A stretch of 64,000 nucleotides of DNA from an uncultured Candidatus Saccharibacteria bacterium (GCA_964513515.1 CAZEMP010000001.1:11336-75335), one strand, 5' to 3'. Counted from the stretch's first letter, positions 39,555 through 48,192 are shown. Made by a program: numbers and translations. Notes: generated by a model from the sequence alone, not told the origin.

Positions 39555-39640
39555 AATCAACGAATGAACGAATAATACAAATGGCTACAAATAATTAATT
39601 CGTTGTCATTCGTATTATTAGTATAATTTGTTAATTCGTA
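39555..39640. repeat. miniature element: 5' and 3' terminal repeats of the GxxExxY element abutting with no cargo (MITE-like)
   Basis: GAATAATACAAATGGCTACAAATAATTAAT followed directly by TTCGTTGTCATTCGTATTATTAGTATAATT, matching both ends of 18261-18705. Confidence 0.5.
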
Positions 39641-40044
39641 AAGATGTATGGTACAAAAATAATGAGACCTACTATTACAGCTAGAATTGCTGAAAGTAAT
39701 ACTGCTCCAGCAGCCACATCTTTAGTATCTTTTGCGTAAGGATGATATGTGGGCGAAGTAAGATTCATATCTATTTCTATCGCAGTATTGAAAGCCTCAG
39801 AAATAAAAACTATTCCAGAAACGATAAGTATCATTATCCATTCAATTTTTGTAATTTGAAAAAATATTCCTGCAGCTATAACAAAAACAAACATAGTGAA
39901 GTGTATCCATGCGCTATGTGTAGATTTCATAAAAATCCAAAGTCCCCTTCCAGCATGAGTAAGGCTCTCTGCTCTTTTTATAAAAGAAAACTTTTTTGAG
40001 ATACTTGCCACGTGTGAATTTTCACTTAATTTAGGTTTTGACAT
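39631..40044 (-). CDS. dgkA: diacylglycerol/undecaprenol kinase (DgkA family)
   Basis: Three TM helices; conserved SEAFNTAIE and GAVLLSAI segments. Confidence 0.65.
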   Translation of the reverse strand: MSKPKLSENSHVASISKKFSFIKRAESLTHAGRGLWIFMKSTHSAWIHFTMFVFVIAAGIFFQITKIEWIMILIVSGIVFISEAFNTAIEIDMNLTSPTYHPYAKDTKDVAAGAVLLSAILAVIVGLIIFVPYIFTN

Positions 40045-40059
40045 AGTTTTTATTTATTA

Positions 40060-40094
40060 AACCTGGATTGCTTCATTTCATTCGCAAAGACACA
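40060..40094. repeat. single-arm copy of repeat family 3 (AACCTGGATTGCTTCATTTCATTCGCAAAGACACA)
   Basis: Matches both arms of 27331-27407. Confidence 0.5.
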
Positions 40095-40198
40095 ATTCTT
40101 ATAAAATTCTTTACATGGTCGGTTTATTCATTAATAATCATTATATATTTAAAAAATAAATATATAGTAATTATATTAACTCAGCAAAAATATTAATT

Positions 40199-41560
40199 CT
40201 ACAGTGCCTTACGCTTAGATGGATCTGCATCAGGTTTGTACTCTACAAATTTAACTAACCCATCAAGTTTTTTTCTATCCTCAGCACTTTCAAGTTTGTT
40301 TATATAATAATATCTTAAAGCTCTTTGAAAGGTCTCAGTAATATTTCCAGCATAAAAATTTAGTACGAAATCATGGATACGTCGTGGTTCCATACGGTCA
40401 TCGTATGTAAATAATTGAGGTTGGTCCTCAGCGACTTGTCTATTTTTTACAAGCTCTTTTGCAGCTTTATGAAATTCAATATATTTTTTCAATATTTCAT
40501 TAATACCAGGAATTTCTCTTATTTGCTCTGGCCTTAAAACTTCTTTACGAGATTTAAGGAACATATCAGATGTAGCACCTTGTGATTCATATTTCCCATT
40601 AAATAAAGCATCAGTTGAAAGAGTAAATGTGGACTCTGGCAATTCAGTTGGTAATTTTTTATAAATCCATCTACGTAGCTGAGCTGGGTCAAGTGGTTCA
40701 CGTCCAAAAAAACCCTTACCTGGTGGATTCATAAGTGCGACTACCTTAGTTTTGCCTCTATTCACAGGTAGTACCTCTGAGGCGTCTTCAGAAAGAACTA
40801 TATCACCTCCACGCTCAAGAGCATCTAAAACTTCATGCAAACGAATAAGTATATTAGGCGCGGCTGCATTAAATTCATCTAAAATAATAATTTTAGTTTT
40901 TCCATCTTCTTGTCTAAGACCGCTCGTTACCTTACCATCTGCAAAAAAATACTCTGGATCATTTGGCTTATTTTTATTAGGATTCGGGACATATCTACCC
41001 ATCAAATCTTCAATGTCAGTACTTCCATTCAAATTTATATAATGCACTTCCCAACCAAGCTCAGCTGCCATTTTTCTAACAGCTGTCGTTTTACCAAGAG
41101 ACGTTCCACCCTCAACAATTATTGGTGATCCACTTAAAAAAGCAACTGCAATATCACGTTGAAGAGGTAAAGATAACCCCGTATCATTTATAAAATCTCT
41201 ATAATGCTCTCTTTTTGGTACAAACTTAGTATTATTTATTTTAGCTTTTTCTAAAACCACTCCTAAATAAGAAATATCTTTATCACTTTCATGAATCCCT
41301 TCTACTGGGACAATCTCAACAATAAACTTACCGCTTGCTGGATCAGCTGGATTTGTATCTTCCAATATCTTTACTCTATATGAATGTCCCGGCTCTGGTT
41401 TAAGAGAATTTTTTGAAAGAAAAATTATTTTTCTACCAGGTGCACTGCTCTTATATTCCTTTTCGCCGTCAGGCCTTATTTGTAGCACAAACATAACATC
41501 ATCAAGAAGTTTTTCTCCTGTTTCAGGGCCGAGTTCATGGCTAAGTTGATTTTCTGTCAT
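40199..41560 (-). CDS. MoxR-like AAA+ ATPase (AAA_5 type) with ~150-aa N-terminal extension
   Basis: Walker A GGTSLGKTT, Walker B IIILDEFN; sensor/arginine region conserved. Confidence 0.7.
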   Translation of the reverse strand: MTENQLSHELGPETGEKLLDDVMFVLQIRPDGEKEYKSSAPGRKIIFLSKNSLKPEPGHSYRVKILEDTNPADPASGKFIVEIVPVEGIHESDKDISYLGVVLEKAKINNTKFVPKREHYRDFINDTGLSLPLQRDIAVAFLSGSPIIVEGGTSLGKTTAVRKMAAELGWEVHYINLNGSTDIEDLMGRYVPNPNKNKPNDPEYFFADGKVTSGLRQEDGKTKIIILDEFNAAAPNILIRLHEVLDALERGGDIVLSEDASEVLPVNRGKTKVVALMNPPGKGFFGREPLDPAQLRRWIYKKLPTELPESTFTLSTDALFNGKYESQGATSDMFLKSRKEVLRPEQIREIPGINEILKKYIEFHKAAKELVKNRQVAEDQPQLFTYDDRMEPRRIHDFVLNFYAGNITETFQRALRYYYINKLESAEDRKKLDGLVKFVEYKPDADPSKRKAL

Positions 41561-41656
41561 GGCGAAATTATATATTATCTTCCATATTCTGTCTAGATAA
41601 AATTACATAGTTTAAAGAGCATGAAAACGTATATTTACTTGATTTTAATTTACTAT

Positions 41657-41978
41657 TGACAAATTTAACTATATTTGCTACTATGTTCCCAGATGGAAGT
41701 GGTGATAATCAGGATATCTACTTGGTTATTGGAGTACAGGAAACACACGAGAATGAGCGTAGTAGCTTGTTTGAGTGTTGAAGTACCCAGGTTACATACC
41801 TGACCTGGGTGGGGGTTTGGTTAGCCATACCAAACTAGTCGTGTCTCAAACTTGCCACGGGTTTGAGAACGATTTCCTCAATGTCTTCACGAATTAAGAA
41901 GACATTGAAAGGAAGGCCTCATAACTCTGGTTGTTATCAGAGATTGAGGTAGGGGGCACATAGTATGTGTCCTTTTTT
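41657..41978 (+). ncRNA. candidate structured RNA unit U1 (promoter TTGACA-16-TACTAT to terminator GGGCACA-TAGTA-TGTGTCC + T6)
   Basis: No ORF >=60 aa; multiple internal hairpins incl. GGTTTGG-TTAGCCATA-CCAAACT; transcript approx. 41691-41978. Confidence 0.4.
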
Positions 41979-42035
41979 CGTATATAAAATCTGAAATATA
42001 AATTTTAAGGCGACTATACTTTCTAGATAATAATA

Positions 42036-42209
42036 TTGACATTTCTTACATCTCTGCTATAATATGGAGGCTGTCTTGATTGGCTAGCCATGCCAGTCAT
42101 TGATTTCAAACCTAGCCAAGGTTTGAAATGACTGAAAACAGTAAATAAGTGTCGGGAAAGAGAAAGGGGCTACACACATGACTCGTTATGTGTGTAGCCC
42201 TCTTTAATT
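42036..42209 (+). ncRNA. candidate small RNA unit U2 (promoter TTGACA-16-TATAAT to 13-bp terminator GGGCTACACACAT...ATGTGTGTAGCCC)
   Basis: Transcript approx. 42070-42209 (~140 nt); contains TTGGCTAGCCATGCCAG hairpin motif. Confidence 0.45.
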
Positions 42210-42289
42210 ATCCGACTACTGAATGCTTAATAATTTTGGCTATAATCATATTTAGTCAGTTTCTCTCACTACAGTTAAGTACGTACTTA

Positions 42290-42499
42290 TTGACATTATC
42301 TTTTATGCTTGCTATAATAGTTTTAGAAGTCAAAGATATGGAGATAGTTGGCTAGCCATGCCAATTATATCTATTCAGTTAAAGTTAAGTAAATCGTTCT
42401 TATGGATATTGGTTAGCCATACCAATTTCCATCGAATATATGTTAAAAACATATATTCAAGGGGGCTATATAACAATGTTATGTAGCCCCTCTTTATTT
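42290..42499 (+). ncRNA. candidate small RNA unit U3 (promoter TTGACA-17-TATAAT to terminator GGGGCTATATAACA..GTTATGTAGCCCC + T-run)
   Basis: Transcript approx. 42325-42499; two copies of TTGG(C/T)TAGCCAT(G/A)CCAA hairpin. Confidence 0.45.
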
Positions 42500-42526
42500 A
42501 ATAAAATTTTGCAAATTTCTGGACAA

Positions 42527-42934
42527 CTACTCCTGATAAACTAAACCAGCATTAGATAATACATCCAAGTCATTTTTTTGTAATATGTTTATATTATCTT
42601 TTAAAACAAGATAAATTATGCAGCTATTATCATAATCTGGAGAGAGGGTCTTGGATGTCATTGTTTCTTTGTCAAAAATCTCAACTTGGCCGGTAGGATA
42701 TTGAACCATAAAATCATAAGCATCTTTAGACATATTTGTGTCAACAGAAAAATATATTTTTAAGGTATTGAATGCATTACTAATATTCTCTACTTTTTTA
42801 AATCCCTCGCCACTTAGTATGGATGAGTAATTTTCTAATTCTTCAAGATTTTTAGCTATAACTAAACTAACCTCTTTTTGCCCTATAGCAGTTTTTAGGA
42901 AATCAATAAATTCCTTTTCATTTGTCATATTCAT
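42527..42934 (-). CDS. hypothetical protein (possibly STAS-like/DUF4325-like)
   Basis: 135 aa acidic protein between VWA gene and noncoding region; family guess weak. Confidence 0.35.
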   Translation of the reverse strand: MNMTNEKEFIDFLKTAIGQKEVSLVIAKNLEELENYSSILSGEGFKKVENISNAFNTLKIYFSVDTNMSKDAYDFMVQYPTGQVEIFDKETMTSKTLSPDYDNSCIIYLVLKDNINILQKNDLDVLSNAGLVYQE

Positions 42935-42952
42935 ATAATTTAATATATTGTA

Positions 42953-45094
42953 CTAAAATGTATCGAAATCGGCAATGGCTGCCTTTATTATGCCTGCCAA
43001 TTTCTCTGCCATTTCCTCTACTTTTATGTCACCTATGCTATTTGGAAAATATGAAGTGACCTCGGCTGTTCCAGCTCCTATTCCTAAACCTACTAATTTT
43101 ATATCAGTTTTTTTCAGAATATTTTCTATAGACATCACCAATTCCTCTCCTGAATTAGGCTCTCCATCTGTTAAAACAATCAAAAACTTCTGATCTACTT
43201 TTTGTTTAATCAGATTTTTACTAGCATGACTAATTGCCCAACCGGTTTCAGTCGTCCCAGCGACATTACTTATCATCGTACCGATTTTCTCTCTTACTTG
43301 CTTCGACATCTGCACTCCGAAGGTTTGATATTCATATATTGGTTTACCACGATCATTAAAACCTAAAACCTCAAACTTTATAGATAAACGATTCAAAACT
43401 TCTGATAAAACAACCACAGCTTTAAAGGTCTCAATTATTTTTTCTCCTTGCATGGAACTAGATAAATCTACAAGTAGTGAAATAGCATAATCTTTTTCCT
43501 TAGGCATTTCTCTTTTTTGCCACGCCTTACTTTCCATAGGTGAAATAGATTTGGCCTTTTCTTGTATTCTTTTTCCTATATCAATCCTCTTACCTATTCT
43601 AAATCCTCCTTTCCACCCGCTCATTTTGCGATCAACAAAAATTTCTCTCAACTCACTTTCTAATCTATCAATAATAGGAAGAACTTCTCTACGCACCTTT
43701 TCATATATATTTCTATCATAATTCAGCTCATGCGCTATTTTTTCTTTCATTTTTTTCAACATCTCATCATTTTTGTCCGGCAAAATCCTTTCTACTCTTC
43801 TGGTCGGTTCTTTTGTATCTTTAATCGAGTCAATTTCAACCTCTTTTCCTGATCTTTTTTCAGGACTCTCAGATAATTTACCTTGCAATTCATCTGAAAG
43901 ATCTTTTTCAAATTTCTTTATAGTGGCTTTAGCTTTTTCTCCAATTTCTTTTTTCTTCTCATCTGGCAATAAATCAACATATTCTTTTATTTTTCGCTTA
44001 AGACCTTCAGAAAAATTGCTCATATCAATCGGCTTAGCAGGGTTTTCTTGCTCTGCCTTATCATTACTTTCCTCATCTGTTTTTTTATCACCATCTTTTG
44101 ACTTTAACTTTTCAGCTCTCTCTTTTTTGAGATCATCGATAGCCTTATCTAGTGCGTCTTCGAGCTCTTTTTGTTCATCAGGAGTTAATTGTTCTTTAAA
44201 TTCATCGGGTATTTTACCTCGATTCCTGCCGTCATTTTTATTTTCGCTCTCACCCTCACCTTTTTGCATATCTTTTAGAGCCTCTTGTTTTTTTTGATCC
44301 TCAATATCTTCCTCGATAAGTTTTTTAAATTCCGGCCACACTCTATCACGATTGATCTCGTAAGATGCCTTAGCATATTTTTTAATCAAAATTTCTCCAG
44401 AATCTGCATCTTCCATAGATGGATATGTCCACCAAGAATCTCTGGCAAACTCAAGGGTCGATTTTACTACAGCTTTCACATCATCAGGTAAGTCTGCTGA
44501 AAGCTCAGTGTCTTTTCCTTGCACTTCTCTAAACCACTGATTGATATATTCAAATCCAGCTTGCATAAAACGTGGATTTTGACCAAGTTCTGCGTTAGCC
44601 TTTAATACTGACTCAGCTTTCAATTTTTGCATTAAGGAGTAAGAAAAATGCATCTCCTCTTTAATTTTTGGGTAATTCTCAGCCAAAAAATTATTCATCC
44701 TTGGATCTTCTATCGCATTCATCATAAAAGAGAAGCCGGGCTGTGACCACTCTTTTAAAGAAATAAAATCTGTCCTACTGATTCTTCTATGACCTCCCTC
44801 ATGCGATATAACAAAATAAAGATACTCTATCGGTTTTTCTAGAAGATCTTTAGGATCAATTCTTATTATGTTATTCTTAAAATCCCAATGCCACCCATCC
44901 CCAGGTTTATTTAACTCAATAGGAATTTGAAAATCTTTACCTACAAAATAAACAAGTGGTGATAGTATTTGTTTTTTTTGCAATATTTCTTTCTGTTGCT
45001 CAGGTGTAAAAGTTGCTAAAATTTCACTTTCTGTTTTTGAACCAATAGCATGATACACATCCTCACCCTCTTGATTAAGCTGATGTTTTTCCAT
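42953..45094 (-). CDS. VWA-domain protein with N-terminal HExxH metallopeptidase-like domain and central charged coiled coil (DUF2201-like architecture)
   Basis: ISHEGGHRRI (HExxH) near N-terminus; C-terminal MIDAS DLSSSM...TETG...LTDGEP; partner AAA+ ATPase nearby. Confidence 0.6.
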   Translation of the reverse strand: MEKHQLNQEGEDVYHAIGSKTESEILATFTPEQQKEILQKKQILSPLVYFVGKDFQIPIELNKPGDGWHWDFKNNIIRIDPKDLLEKPIEYLYFVISHEGGHRRISRTDFISLKEWSQPGFSFMMNAIEDPRMNNFLAENYPKIKEEMHFSYSLMQKLKAESVLKANAELGQNPRFMQAGFEYINQWFREVQGKDTELSADLPDDVKAVVKSTLEFARDSWWTYPSMEDADSGEILIKKYAKASYEINRDRVWPEFKKLIEEDIEDQKKQEALKDMQKGEGESENKNDGRNRGKIPDEFKEQLTPDEQKELEDALDKAIDDLKKERAEKLKSKDGDKKTDEESNDKAEQENPAKPIDMSNFSEGLKRKIKEYVDLLPDEKKKEIGEKAKATIKKFEKDLSDELQGKLSESPEKRSGKEVEIDSIKDTKEPTRRVERILPDKNDEMLKKMKEKIAHELNYDRNIYEKVRREVLPIIDRLESELREIFVDRKMSGWKGGFRIGKRIDIGKRIQEKAKSISPMESKAWQKREMPKEKDYAISLLVDLSSSMQGEKIIETFKAVVVLSEVLNRLSIKFEVLGFNDRGKPIYEYQTFGVQMSKQVREKIGTMISNVAGTTETGWAISHASKNLIKQKVDQKFLIVLTDGEPNSGEELVMSIENILKKTDIKLVGLGIGAGTAEVTSYFPNSIGDIKVEEMAEKLAGIIKAAIADFDTF

Positions 45095-45206
45095 GTTCTC
45101 ATATTATCACCGTAATTATTGTATGTAAATGTTATATAATTTTTTATTGAGCGCTCTTTCTTTTTTAATTAAAATTTAAAATCCACCCTACTAATTTTTT
45201 AAAGAT

Positions 45207-45659
45207 TTATTTAAGAGTCAATGGAAAAGTAAATGTTCCCGGGCCAGGTCTTACAGGAATATTGAGTTCTGTAAACACTACTTTGAGAGGTGTTCCAGAT
45301 TTTAAACCTAAAGCATTTGTATAGAGATTGAAAGATACTGAAAAAGCTAATGTTGTGGTTGCTGCCTTTGCAATAGATTTTGTCATGATAGGCACTGCAG
45401 TACCAGCAGATTTCCAACCTTCTCCATTTCTATTGTAAAAGATTTCAGCTTCACCTGCGCGAGAAAGTCTTTCTTCCCATAAACAACCCTTGCTCGTATC
45501 TGCCTTATCTAAAATTCCGTTTATGACAAGTGGCATACTTACGTTTGAGTACATGACCGGAGATGTAATTTTAAAATTACACTTACTTGATGAGATAGTA
45601 TTTTTACCTGCTGTACCTGAGTCGGTTGTACTATTCTCAGCCTCATCTTTATAAGTCAT
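45207..45659 (-). CDS. hypothetical protein; upstream in-frame segment (45684-45800) encodes a signal-anchor peptide separated by one TAA
   Basis: MNKLNINSVKDFFKNLSKMDYYKIAFVVILILLVGSYVS-TAA-NGNKVSEMTYKDEAEN... is one continuous frame except for the stop at 45681-45683. Confidence 0.35.
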   Translation of the reverse strand: MTYKDEAENSTTDSGTAGKNTISSSKCNFKITSPVMYSNVSMPLVINGILDKADTSKGCLWEERLSRAGEAEIFYNRNGEGWKSAGTAVPIMTKSIAKAATTTLAFSVSFNLYTNALGLKSGTPLKVVFTELNIPVRPGPGTFTFPLTLK

Positions 45660-45911
45660 TTCCGAAACTTTATTTCCATTTTAAGAAACATAAGACCCGA
45701 CAAGTAATATGAGTATTACTACGAAAGCGATCTTGTAATAATCCATCTTACTAAGATTTTTAAAAAAATCCTTCACACTATTTATATTTAGTTTATTCAT
45801 AGTAACAAGTATATCCCCTATTATGAAAATAAACGAGACATTATTTCAATTTTATATAAATGAAACTTGAGTTTATTCGATTTTTCTAGTATTCTTTCAT
45901 TCGTTACACAT

Positions 45912-45982
45912 TGGGGGATCGTCTAATGGTAGGACGCGTGCCTTTGGCGCATGCAATCGGGGTTCGAGTCCCTGTCCCCCAG
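45912..45982 (+). tRNA. tRNA-Gln (anticodon TTG)
   Basis: Cloverleaf by eye: acceptor TGGGGGA/TCCCCCA, anticodon arm CGTGC-CTTTGGC-GCATG, T-arm CGGGG-TTCGAGT-CCCTG; 71 nt, no encoded CCA. Confidence 0.8.
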
Positions 45983-46047
45983 CAAGTCAAGTTTTGAATG
46001 TGTTTTTACATTCAAAACTTTACTAGATGGGGAGCATTTGGGACTCG

Positions 46048-46112
46048 AAAGACGGAGTGCGACGGCACGAGTCGGGGTCGCAAGATTTTTCAGCAGAAAA
46101 ATACTTGTGACC
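46048..46112 (+). ncRNA. conserved 65-nt structured element, copy 1 (AAAGACGGAG-GTGCGACGGCAC-GAGTCGG-GGTCGCAAGATTTTTCAGCAGAAAAATACTTGTGACC)
   Basis: 90% identical copy at 57790-57853; differences are compensatory within predicted stems (GTGC..GCAC vs GCAC..GTGC). Confidence 0.45.
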
Positions 46113-46132
46113 GAGTCCCTGTCCCCCAGCAA
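46112..46132 (+). repeat. direct repeat of tRNA-Gln 3' end (CGAGTCCCTGTCCCCCAGCAA)
   Basis: Identical to 45965-45985 inside the tRNA; 147 bp apart; att-site-like footprint. Confidence 0.55.
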
Positions 46133-46139
46133 TAAAAAT

Positions 46140-46436
46140 ATGAAAAAACCATTTTTACATGCATTAGGTGCTGCTCTATACATTTTTACTTTAGTTTCTG
46201 TTGGAAGCTTTTTTACTTCTGCATTAAAAGGTCAAAAAGAAACTATAATCATTCCAATGACAATGTTGAGTCTATTTGTTTTATCTGCAGCAGTTATGGG
46301 ATTTTTATTTTTATCTGAACCATTACAATTACTTATAGAAAATAAAAAACAAGAGTCTGTAGCTTTTTTTGCTAAGACTACTGGATTCTTTGCGGGTTTT
46401 GCTGCTCTTTACGCAATACTATTGTTTCTTATTTAA
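46140..46436 (+). CDS. small hypothetical membrane protein
   Basis: 98 aa starting MKKPFLHALGAALYIF..., three predicted TM helices; ORF track's longer start (45951) would read through tRNA. Confidence 0.4.
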   Translation: MKKPFLHALGAALYIFTLVSVGSFFTSALKGQKETIIIPMTMLSLFVLSAAVMGFLFLSEPLQLLIENKKQESVAFFAKTTGFFAGFAALYAILLFLI

Positions 46437-46640
46437 TTTATTATAATTTAGCGACTTATTGCGCTTATTAATAATAATTTTTCATGCACAGTACGTTAAG
46501 TACTGCTTGTTTATATATGTTGGACATCTACAATTCCTTAAAATATCAGCTAGTTATTACTATAGTAATTGCATTATTACTATATTGGTAATAAAGTAGT
46601 AATATGATTTATTTTCTACAAACCTATTAGAATATTATCC

Positions 46641-46844
46641 ATGTTAGTTGATCTCGATCATTTACTTGCGAGCCCTATATTTGATCCTACAAGATGTGGT
46701 ATTGGATTCCATCCGCTTCACACTGTTTCAGCTATCGTTTTTTATATAATACTTGTATTCATCCCAAATAAATATTCAAAGATTATTGGAATCGGTTTAC
46801 TATTTCATATACTTACTGATTGGTTTGATTGCTTTCTAATGTAA
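46641..46844 (+). CDS. small hypothetical membrane protein
   Basis: 67 aa, two hydrophobic helices; weak support. Confidence 0.3.
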   Translation: MLVDLDHLLASPIFDPTRCGIGFHPLHTVSAIVFYIILVFIPNKYSKIIGIGLLFHILTDWFDCFLM

Positions 46845-46948
46845 AATAAAAAATTAGATATTGTTATAAACTACCAGCCCTAGCTGTGGGGTCTTGCCAG
46901 CCTCATTTCTACTAGTCATTTTTTAGATTCCTCTGCTATAATTTACAA

Positions 46949-48187
46949 GTGATTACACCAAAAATAAAAACTATTTTACATATGGATGGCGATGCATTTT
47001 TTGTTGGAGTAGAAATGGCAAAAAATCCTAAACTTAAGAATAAGCCTGTTGTTACTGGTGAAGAAAGAGGGATAGTTTCTGCACTATCATACGAAGCAAA
47101 AGCTTTAGGAATTGTTCGTGGAATGCCAATATTTAAAGTTAAGAAAGATTTTCCCCAAGTTATAGTTGTACCAGGAGATTATAAATCTTACGCTCGTTAT
47201 TCTAGTTTGATGTTTGATATTGTTCGAAGATATGCAGATGATGTGGAAGAATACAGTATTGATGAATGTTTTGCGGATCTTACAGGACTAGATAAGCCAC
47301 TAAAGATGTCTTATAAAGAAATTGCTGAGCGTATTAAAAAAGAAATTAATGAAGAGCTAGATTTGTCTGTTTCTATTGGTATTGCTCCAACAAAAGTATT
47401 AGCAAAAGTAGCTTCAAAGTGGGTGAAGCCCAACGGACTAACTATTATTGAAAAACATAAAACAAAAGATTTTTTGATTAACACTTCGATTGATAAAATT
47501 TGGGGCATCGGTCCAAAAACCTCTGAATTATTAAAAAAGAAAGGTATAAAAAATGTGCAAAATTTTATAGAAAAAAATATTAGTTGGATAAAGGAAAATT
47601 TATCAAAACCTTACGAAGTTATTTGGAATGAATTAAGGGGCGAATATATTATGAAGATCAATCCTGAGCTAAAAACTGTTTATTCTTCAATACAAAAAAC
47701 ACAATCCTTTCACCCTGCCACAAATAACAAATTATTTTTACTTTCTCAATTATCAAAAAATATAGAAGGTGCTTGTGCAAAGGCTAGACACTATAAATTA
47801 GTTCCCAAAAAGATTTCTTTCTTTTTGAAAACCAGGAATTTTCAATATCAAAATTTTTCTTTCACTCTTCCCTCACCTACCCATTCTCCAGAGATCATAA
47901 ATTCTATAGTCAACTCTAAATTTAATTCTGTTTATAAAAAGGGAGTTTTATATAGAACTACAGGAGTAACTTTATCTGAACTAATCCCAGAGTCAGCGTC
48001 ACAAACAGATTTATTTGGTAATGGTAATGTGGCAAACAAGTTTGAAATGATACATAGACAAATAGATAAGTTGGAAAATAAATTAGGCAAACATGTTGTC
48101 TACTTAGCGTCATCAAGTAATGCCATAAAAAATAAAAGAAATGGTACAGAATCTGAAGATCTCAATAGAGATTTATTATTTTTGTAG
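46949..48187 (+). CDS. dinB: DNA polymerase IV (Y-family, DinB-like)
   Basis: ILHMDGDAFFVGVE (Y-family motif I), SIDECFADLTG (motif II). Confidence 0.8.
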   Translation: MITPKIKTILHMDGDAFFVGVEMAKNPKLKNKPVVTGEERGIVSALSYEAKALGIVRGMPIFKVKKDFPQVIVVPGDYKSYARYSSLMFDIVRRYADDVEEYSIDECFADLTGLDKPLKMSYKEIAERIKKEINEELDLSVSIGIAPTKVLAKVASKWVKPNGLTIIEKHKTKDFLINTSIDKIWGIGPKTSELLKKKGIKNVQNFIEKNISWIKENLSKPYEVIWNELRGEYIMKINPELKTVYSSIQKTQSFHPATNNKLFLLSQLSKNIEGACAKARHYKLVPKKISFFLKTRNFQYQNFSFTLPSPTHSPEIINSIVNSKFNSVYKKGVLYRTTGVTLSELIPESASQTDLFGNGNVANKFEMIHRQIDKLENKLGKHVVYLASSSNAIKNKRNGTESEDLNRDLLFL

Positions 48188-48192
48188 ATATA

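Noticed and set aside
41683-41780. 31-aa ORF (MFPDGSGDNQDIYLVIGVQETHENERSSLFEC) and 13-aa ORF (MPVIDFKPSQGLK, 42093-42134) inside RNA units U1/U2
   Set aside because: There is no SD at a proper distance. The start of the first overlaps the -10 element. Both are short and unconserved between units, so they are kept only as a remote possibility of leader peptides.
45912-46132. Second tRNA (tRNA-like with a 65-nt insertion/intron) at 46030-46132
   Set aside because: Only the last ~20 nt match tRNA-Gln, and the D-, anticodon- and T-arms cannot be drawn. An att-like direct repeat plus an inserted element is the better interpretation.
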